DNA from: an uncultured Rhizobacter sp.
Lineage (GTDB): Bacteria > Pseudomonadota > Gammaproteobacteria > Burkholderiales > Burkholderiaceae_C
Assembly (NCBI GenBank): GCA_964247075.1
Contig: CAXTSS010000003.1
Location: 206,353-270,352 of the forward strand
Direction: 5' to 3'
Length of the DNA: 64,000 nt
The notes under the pieces are model-generated. The model made no database searches and had not been told where the DNA came from. It was given only the letters and a program-made list of their open reading frames with translations. Every line of letters begins with the position of its first letter. Within the stretch, counting starts at the first letter, position 1. Positions 58,033 through 64,000 of this stretch are shown piece by piece. The translations under genes were made by a program, and so were the position numbers.

Positions 58033-59093
58033 AGCAGCGGGTTCGGGCGCCGGGTCGGTGGGCCGCTGCGCTGCTCGCGGTCGGGCTGCTGCTCGCGGGT
58101 TGTGAGCGCCCGGCCTCCGACCAGCGCGGCCCGCGCGGGACGTCTCAGATCCAGCTGCGCAAGCCGGCGGCCGTGGCCGCGCTGGCCGAGATAAACCGCA
58201 TTCCTCCCGCGGAGGAAGCCGCCGACCCGGAGGCGCCGCCGGCGAGCGAGGTGTTCGTCAATGTGAAGGTGCTCAACGACCTGAGCGCCACCGAGTTCTC
58301 GCGCGTGATGCAGGCCTTCTCCACCTGGGTGGCGCCGGAGCAGGGCTGCGACTACTGCCACAACCCGGACAAGCTGGAGTCCGACGAGAAGTACCCGAAG
58401 GTGGTGGCGCGCCGCATGATCCAGATGACCCGCCACATCAACAGCGACTGGAAGTCGCACGTGGCCGAGACCGGCGTGACCTGCTGGACCTGCCACCGTG
58501 GCCAGGCCGTGCCCAGCGGGGACTGGTTCAACGGATCCGATGCGCCGGTGGCCCCGTCGAGCTTCTCGCGCAGCCGCGATGGCAAGAACGCGCCGGCGCC
58601 AGTCGCAGGCGGGTCGGCGCTGCCGAGCGATCCCCTGTCGCAGTACCTGACGACGGGGGGCTCGGAGATCCGGGTCCAGTCGGGGGCGGCCCTGCGTTCG
58701 CGCGACGTGCCGCCCGTCTCGGTCAAGAACGCCGAGTGGACGTACGCGCTCATGATGTACATGTCGGGCTCGCTCGGCGTCAACTGCACCTACTGCCACA
58801 ACACCCGGGCCTTGGCGAGCTGGCAGGAGAGCTCACCGCAGCGCGTGACCGCCTGGCACGGCATTCGGATGGTGCGCGACCTCAACACCGCCTTCCTCAC
58901 ACCGCTCGAGCCGCTGTTCCCGGCGAACCGGCTGGGGCCGCACGGTGATGGTCCCAAGGTCGGCTGTGCGACCTGCCACAAGGGCACCTTCAAGCCGCTG
59001 AACGGCGTCAGTCCGCTGGTCGACTACCTGGCGCTCGCCGGCGTGGGCAAGGTGCCGCCTGGCGTGCCGTCGGAGCCGCCGGCCAAGCGCTGA
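58029..59093 (+). CDS. pufC: Tetraheme photosynthetic reaction-centre cytochrome c subunit homologue (lipoprotein)
   Basis: Lipobox LAGC-ERP, QRGPRGT, four heme motifs CDYCH/CWTCH/CTYCH/CATCH, RVTAWHGIRMVRDLN, RLGPHGD. Confidence 0.92.
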   Translation: MKQRVRAPGRWAAALLAVGLLLAGCERPASDQRGPRGTSQIQLRKPAAVAALAEINRIPPAEEAADPEAPPASEVFVNVKVLNDLSATEFSRVMQAFSTWVAPEQGCDYCHNPDKLESDEKYPKVVARRMIQMTRHINSDWKSHVAETGVTCWTCHRGQAVPSGDWFNGSDAPVAPSSFSRSRDGKNAPAPVAGGSALPSDPLSQYLTTGGSEIRVQSGAALRSRDVPPVSVKNAEWTYALMMYMSGSLGVNCTYCHNTRALASWQESSPQRVTAWHGIRMVRDLNTAFLTPLEPLFPANRLGPHGDGPKVGCATCHKGTFKPLNGVSPLVDYLALAGVGKVPPGVPSEPPAKR

Positions 59094-59094
59094 C

Positions 59095-59949
59095 TCAGGC
59101 CCCGAGCCCGTACAAGGCCCGCAGCGCCTCGCGGTACTGCTGCTGCCCGCGGCCGTTGGTGCTGTAGTGCGTGCCGCCCTCGACCAGCACGAAGCGCTTG
59201 GGCGCCGCGGCGCGCTCGTACAGCGCGCGGCCCAGCGCCGGCGGGATCAGCGAATCGGCCTCGCCGTGCACCACCAGCACCGGCACCTTGACCTGCGCGA
59301 TGCGCTCGGCCGAATCGAAGCGCTGCGTGATCATCGGCGTGATCGGCAGCCAGCCCCACTTCATCGTCTCGAACACCGCCGGGATCGAGGTGAACGTGCC
59401 TTCGACGATCAGGCCTTTCGCGTCGCCCACCTCGGTCGCGAGCCGCACCGCGATCGCGCCGCCGAGCGAGTGGCCGAAGATGTAGCGGTCTTGCGCCGGG
59501 TGCTTCGCTTCGATCCACTTCCACGCGGCGCGCGCGTCTTCGGCCACCGTGTCTTCCGAAGGCAGCGCCTCGGTGCTGCGGCCGAAGCCACGGTAGTCGA
59601 TCGCCAGCACCGCGAAGCCGAGCTCGCGCATGTGCTGGATGCGGAAGGCGCTGCTGTCGACGTTGCGGCGTGCGCCGTGCAGGTAGAGCAGCACCGGCGC
59701 GTTGCGGGTCGCGCCGGCGAGCCACAGCGCGTGCAGCTTCGGCCCCGACGCATCGCCGGGTGCGAGCGGAATCCACACGTCGTCGAAGCCATCGATCTGC
59801 GCGCCGCCACCAGTGCTCGGCAGCGCCGCGGCCTGGAAGATCCACTTGCGCTGCTGGGTGTCGAGGCTGACGCAGCCGGCCAGCGCGGCCACCGAGAGCA
59901 GGGCGAGGGCCGGCCAGCGCCAGCGCACGGTTGTCAAACGATCGAGCAT
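59095..59949 (-). CDS. Alpha/beta hydrolase lipoprotein
   Basis: LAGC lipobox, LYLHG, DYRGFGRS, GHSLGG, VHGEAD, GGTH. Confidence 0.88.
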   Translation of the reverse strand: MLDRLTTVRWRWPALALLSVAALAGCVSLDTQQRKWIFQAAALPSTGGGAQIDGFDDVWIPLAPGDASGPKLHALWLAGATRNAPVLLYLHGARRNVDSSAFRIQHMRELGFAVLAIDYRGFGRSTEALPSEDTVAEDARAAWKWIEAKHPAQDRYIFGHSLGGAIAVRLATEVGDAKGLIVEGTFTSIPAVFETMKWGWLPITPMITQRFDSAERIAQVKVPVLVVHGEADSLIPPALGRALYERAAAPKRFVLVEGGTHYSTNGRGQQQYREALRALYGLGA

Positions 59950-59979
59950 CGACGACTGAGCGGCGGCGCGCGATTTAGT

Positions 59980-61776
59980 TCAGCGGCCGCGCCAGAACAA
60001 GCCGTCGAGCTCCTTCAGCGTGATCTGGCGCCAGGTCGGCCGACCGTGGTTGCACTGGTCGATCCGGTCCGTGCGCTCCATGTCGCGCAGCAGCGCGTTC
60101 ATCTCGTCGAGGGTGAGCTGGCGGTTGGCGCGTACCGCGCCGTGGCAGGCCATCGTCGAGAGGATCTCGTCGCGCGCGCGTTCGACGACGCGGCTGGCGT
60201 CGAACTGCGCCAGCTCGGCGAGCACGCTGCGCGCGAGCTCGACCACGTCGCCACCGGCCAGCGCCGCAGGCTGCGAGCGCACCGCGAGCACGCTGGTCGA
60301 GAGCGGCGTGACATCGAGGCCGAGCGTGCGTAGCGTGTCGATCTGCGCTTCGGCGGTGGCGATCTCTTGCGCGGTCGCCGCGAACGTGGCGGGGATCAGC
60401 AGCGGTTGCGATTCGATCGCGGCCGCGCCCGTGCTCGCCTTCAACCGTTCGTAGACGATGCGCTCGTGCGCCGCGTGCATGTCGACGATCACCAGCCCCT
60501 GCGCATTCTCGGCCAGCACGAAGGTGCCGGCGACTTGCGCCAGCGCCTTGCCGAGCGGCCAGGTGTCGCCAGCCGACATCGGTCCTGCCGTGCTCAGCAC
60601 CGTCGCGCCCGGCGCGGGCGTGTCGCCCCAGCGCGGTGGTGGCTCCTGCGCGTACAGCGTCGCCAGCTGCTGCAGGCCGAGCGAGGCCTGGCGCGTGGCG
60701 CCGAAGCGGCTCATGTCGATCGGTCGCGCCGCGAGCGGCTCGGTGAGCGGCGCCATTGCATCGCCGCCTGCGCGTGGAATCGCCAGCGCGGCTTCGACCG
60801 CGCGCCGCACCGCCTGGTGCACCTCGCGCGAATCGCGGAAGCGCACTTCGACCTTGGTCGGGTGCACGTTGACATCGACGCGATCCGGCGCGATGTCGAT
60901 GAACAGCACATAGGCCGGCTGGCGCCCGCCGTGCAGCACGTCTTCATACGCCGAGCGCACGCCGTGCGCGATCAACTTGTCGCGCACGAAGCGGCCGTTG
61001 ACGTAGACGTACTGCTGATCGGCCCGCGCGCGCGCTGCCTCGGGCGTGCCGCTGCGGCCGGTGACGCGCAGCACGCCGAGGTCGAGCGCGACCTCGCGGC
61101 TGTCGGTGACGAACTCGTGCCCCAGCACATCGATCAGCCGCTGCGCGGGGCTGGTGCGGCGCCACTGTTGTGCGAGCTTGCCGTCGTGCCACACGACGAA
61201 GCTGACCTCGGGCCGCGCCAGCGCGTGGCGGCGCACCGCCTCGACGCAGTGCGCGAATTCGGTCGCCTCGGTCTTCAGGAACTTGCGCCGCGCCGGCGTG
61301 CTGAAGAACAGCTCGCGCACCTCGACGCTGGTGCCGATGCCGCGCGCGGCGGGTGCGAGCTCGCCGGAGCGCGCGTCGAGCCGCTGCGCGTGCGCGGCAT
61401 CGAGGGTGCGGCTCGCTATCGACACCTCGGCGATCGATGCGATCGCGGCCAGCGCCTCGCCGCGGAAGCCCATCGTCGCGACGCCTTCGAGTTCGGTGAG
61501 CGAGGCGATCTTGCTGGTCGCGTGGCGGCGCAGTGCGAGGCCGAGTTCGGCGTGCGGGATGCCGTGGCCGTCGTCCTCGACCACGATCGCGCGGATACCG
61601 CCGCCGATGAGCTTCACGACGATCTCGGCGGCGCCCGCATCGAGCGCGTTGTCCACCAGCTCGCGCACCACCGAAGCCGGGCGCTCGACCACCTCGCCGG
61701 CGGCGATCTGGCTCACCAGTTCATCGGGCAGTTCACGGATGGCGCGGCGAGGCGCGGTTTGCAACACGGCGTTCAT
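59980..61776 (-). CDS. mutL: DNA mismatch repair protein MutL
   Basis: QIAAGEVVERPASVVRELVDNALDAGA, GFRGEALA, DMHAAHER, ACHGAV, CNHGRPT. Confidence 0.97.
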   Translation of the reverse strand: MNAVLQTAPRRAIRELPDELVSQIAAGEVVERPASVVRELVDNALDAGAAEIVVKLIGGGIRAIVVEDDGHGIPHAELGLALRRHATSKIASLTELEGVATMGFRGEALAAIASIAEVSIASRTLDAAHAQRLDARSGELAPAARGIGTSVEVRELFFSTPARRKFLKTEATEFAHCVEAVRRHALARPEVSFVVWHDGKLAQQWRRTSPAQRLIDVLGHEFVTDSREVALDLGVLRVTGRSGTPEAARARADQQYVYVNGRFVRDKLIAHGVRSAYEDVLHGGRQPAYVLFIDIAPDRVDVNVHPTKVEVRFRDSREVHQAVRRAVEAALAIPRAGGDAMAPLTEPLAARPIDMSRFGATRQASLGLQQLATLYAQEPPPRWGDTPAPGATVLSTAGPMSAGDTWPLGKALAQVAGTFVLAENAQGLVIVDMHAAHERIVYERLKASTGAAAIESQPLLIPATFAATAQEIATAEAQIDTLRTLGLDVTPLSTSVLAVRSQPAALAGGDVVELARSVLAELAQFDASRVVERARDEILSTMACHGAVRANRQLTLDEMNALLRDMERTDRIDQCNHGRPTWRQITLKELDGLFWRGR

Positions 61777-61820
61777 GCAGGCATATGGTAGCGTCCAGTG
61801 TTGCAGAGCTTTCGCCATCC

Positions 61821-63149
61821 ATGACCGAGTCCGCTCCCGACGCCGGCGCCAAGCCGGCCGCAGATCCGAACAGCCCGGCGTTCGTCAAGGCGGTCACGCA
61901 GCTCGCAGCGCGCGGCCCGGTCACCACGGTGCGCGCGATCTACAACCACCAGGGCGTGAAGCTGCTCGAAGGCGGCGTGCAGATCGACGCGAGCCTGTAC
62001 GACCGCCTCGTCGCGCACCGCCTCGCCGCGCCGCTCGACGAAGACCTGGCCAGTGCCGCGACCGTGAACGCCGCCGCGTTGCGCGCCGCGGCCGAGGCTG
62101 CGCTGGCGCGCTGGCCGTTCTTCGCGCTGATGGCCCCCGAGGGTCGGGTGCGGCACACCTTGCTGCAATCGATCGAGGCGATTCCGCTGCCGCGCCCGGT
62201 GGCGTTCCACCTGACGCTGCTGCGCGAGACGCGGCCGGCGCTGTTCGACCACAGCATCCTGATGGCGATCCTCGCAGCGTACCTGGTGCGCGAAGACCGT
62301 GCGCCGATCCACGACATGACGCTGGCCGCCGCCGCCGGCCTGCTGCACGACCTGGGCATGCTGCACATCGATGCCGAGCTGCTCGAAGCCGGCAACCGCC
62401 TGAGCGGCGATGCGCGGCGGCCGTTGTACGTGCACCCGATGACCTCGTCGATGCTGATCGCGCGCTTTCACGAATACGCGAAGGGCATCCCGCGCGCCAT
62501 CCTCGAGCACCACGAGCTGCTCGACGGTTCGGGTTACCCGCGCGGCCTCGCCGGCGACGCGATCAGCCCGCTCGGGCGCCTGCTGTCGCTGTGCGAGGTC
62601 GTCACCGCGATGTTCGACGGCGAGCGCGAGTACCCGGAGCAGCGCGTCGCGCTGTTGCTGCGCATGACGCCGCGGCGCTTCGATGCGGCGCTGGTGGCCG
62701 CGGTCCACCGCCTGCTGCGCGCCTGCCCGCCGATGACCGAGGCGGTGAGCCTGTCTGTCGGCGATGCAGTGCGCCAGCTGCACCCGCTGACCGAGCTGCT
62801 GACGCGCTTCCACGCGATCGCGGCGGCTGCCGGCCCCACGCTGGGCAGCGCCGGGCGGGCGGTGCTGAAAGCCATCGGTGTGCAGGCCGACAACTTGCAG
62901 CGTTCTTTGTTCGAGGCCGGTGCCACACCCGATCAGCTCGATCTGCTGGTGCAGGCGGCCGATACCGATGCGAGCCTTCAAGCGGAACTCTGGGCGCTCA
63001 CGCGCGAGCTGCAATGGCATCTGCGCGCGAGCGCCGACCAGCTCGGGCGGCGCTGGCGCACGTCGGCGGGTGGCGAGGCGCTGCCGGCGGAACTCGCCGC
63101 CTGGGTCGCCGAGGTGGAAGCCCTCGGGTCTGCTGCCGCCACCGGATAA
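61821..63149 (+). CDS. HD-GYP domain protein (c-di-GMP phosphodiesterase-like)
   Basis: LLHDLG, HP..S, HHELLDGSGYPRGL. Confidence 0.85.
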   Translation: MTESAPDAGAKPAADPNSPAFVKAVTQLAARGPVTTVRAIYNHQGVKLLEGGVQIDASLYDRLVAHRLAAPLDEDLASAATVNAAALRAAAEAALARWPFFALMAPEGRVRHTLLQSIEAIPLPRPVAFHLTLLRETRPALFDHSILMAILAAYLVREDRAPIHDMTLAAAAGLLHDLGMLHIDAELLEAGNRLSGDARRPLYVHPMTSSMLIARFHEYAKGIPRAILEHHELLDGSGYPRGLAGDAISPLGRLLSLCEVVTAMFDGEREYPEQRVALLLRMTPRRFDAALVAAVHRLLRACPPMTEAVSLSVGDAVRQLHPLTELLTRFHAIAAAAGPTLGSAGRAVLKAIGVQADNLQRSLFEAGATPDQLDLLVQAADTDASLQAELWALTRELQWHLRASADQLGRRWRTSAGGEALPAELAAWVAEVEALGSAAATG

Positions 63150-63158
63150 TCGGGCCGC

Positions 63159-63833
63159 ATGGAATTTTTCGGCTTCGTTCTCGACTTCATCCTGCACGTC
63201 GATGTGCACCTGCGCACCTTCGTCGAAACCTACGGCGCGTGGGTCTACCTGTTGCTGTTCATCATCATCTTCGTCGAGACCGGCGTCGTCGTGATGCCGT
63301 TCCTGCCGGGCGACTCGCTGCTGTTCGTGGTGGGCGCGCTGGCCGGCGCCGGCCTGATGAGCCTGCCGCTGGTGCTGGCGCTGCTGATCGCCGCGGCGAT
63401 CCTCGGCAACCAGAGCAACTACGCGATCGGGCGCTACTTCGGGCCGCGCGTGTTCCAGTGGGAGAGTTCGCGCTTCTTCAACAAGGAGGCGTTCAACCAG
63501 GCGCACGCCTTCTACGAAAAGTACGGCGGCATCACCATCGTGCTGGCGCGCTTCATGCCGTTCCTGCGCACCTTCGCGCCGTTCGTGGCCGGCGTGGCGC
63601 AGATGACGCGCCGCAAGTTCACGTTCTTCGACGTGACCGGCGGCACGCTGTGGGTCGGCAGCGTGACCATCGCCGGCTACCTGTTCGGCAACATCCCGTG
63701 GGTCAAGGCGAATCTCGACAAGATCATCTGGGGCGCGATCCTGGTGCCCGGCCTGCTCGTGCTGTGGGGCACCTGGCGCGCGCGGCGCAAGCAGAAGATC
63801 AGAGAGAAGGCCGAAGCCCTCAACGCGGGGTGA
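63159..63833 (+). CDS. dedA: DedA-family membrane protein
   Basis: FVETGVVVMPFLPGDSLLF, ARFMPFLRTFAPFVAG. Confidence 0.93.
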   Translation: MEFFGFVLDFILHVDVHLRTFVETYGAWVYLLLFIIIFVETGVVVMPFLPGDSLLFVVGALAGAGLMSLPLVLALLIAAAILGNQSNYAIGRYFGPRVFQWESSRFFNKEAFNQAHAFYEKYGGITIVLARFMPFLRTFAPFVAGVAQMTRRKFTFFDVTGGTLWVGSVTIAGYLFGNIPWVKANLDKIIWGAILVPGLLVLWGTWRARRKQKIREKAEALNAG

Positions 63834-63999
63834 TCCGCTCGCTCAGCGCCGCCGGCCGGTACGCCGGCACGAAGTGGCAGGCGCCGCCGAAGCGCGGCAA
63901 CAGCGCGGTGCAGCGCTCGGCGATGCGCTGCGGCGTGGGCTTCTCGCCGGTGGCGATCCACGCCAGCAGCGCTTCCATCAGCGCCGGGTATTCGGCATC
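63820..63999 (-). CDS. C-terminal end of a hypothetical protein entering from the window edge
   Basis: Open frame DAEYPALMEALLAWIATGEKP...ERITPR* with GC3-rich codons, convergent on dedA. Confidence 0.6.
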   Translation of the reverse strand, partial: DAEYPALMEALLAWIATGEKPTPQRIAERCTALLPRFGGACHFVPAYRPAALSERITPR

Positions 64000-64000
64000 G

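Noticed and set aside
57706-59093. A photosynthesis gene cluster
   Set aside because: No pufBALM, puhA, bch or crt genes in the window; phototrophy cannot be inferred from this sequence
1-64000. CRISPR array, tRNA, rRNA or IS elements
   Set aside because: No regularly spaced repeats, standalone tRNA, rRNA sequence or transposase ORF seen

Overview
GC-rich betaproteobacterial chromosome segment; the gene order resembles Burkholderiales (Rubrivivax/Methylibium-like), inferred by eye. 1-17.9 kb is conserved housekeeping: dnaE 3' end, patatin, comEA-like, hldD-hldA-lapB-lapA-ihfB-rpsA-aroA/cmk-tyrA-pheA-DUF2059-gyrA, ompA, ubiG, gph. Then come tmRNA, an att-like remnant and an FNR module (truncated ompW, desaturase, hemN, fnr) with three TTGAY-N4-CGCAA boxes. 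23-45 kb holds ccdAB-thyA, a vanadium haloperoxidase-like gene with an HxlR regulator, an ABC exporter, marR-OMF-emrAB, a split att-like ABC/lipocalin system, miaA and a Bcr MFS. About 16 kb of accessory DNA lies between miaA and mutL: an ECF sigma/anti-sigma pair with mirror-image promoters, a beta-propeller-cupredoxin fusion, and a PhnD-like protein plus GGDEF/EAL enzyme. The main find there is a CbbR-like LysR gene divergent from an operon (54.75-59.09 kb) encoding a Tat metallophosphoesterase, a SoxA/TsdA-like monoheme cytochrome, DUF1566, SoxY (GGCA), SoxZ, HiPIP and an intact tetraheme PufC with no pufLM. This is a candidate non-canonical Sox-carrier redox pathway wired to photosynthetic electron-transfer parts. 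All family calls come from motif recognition by eye; no database searches were run.
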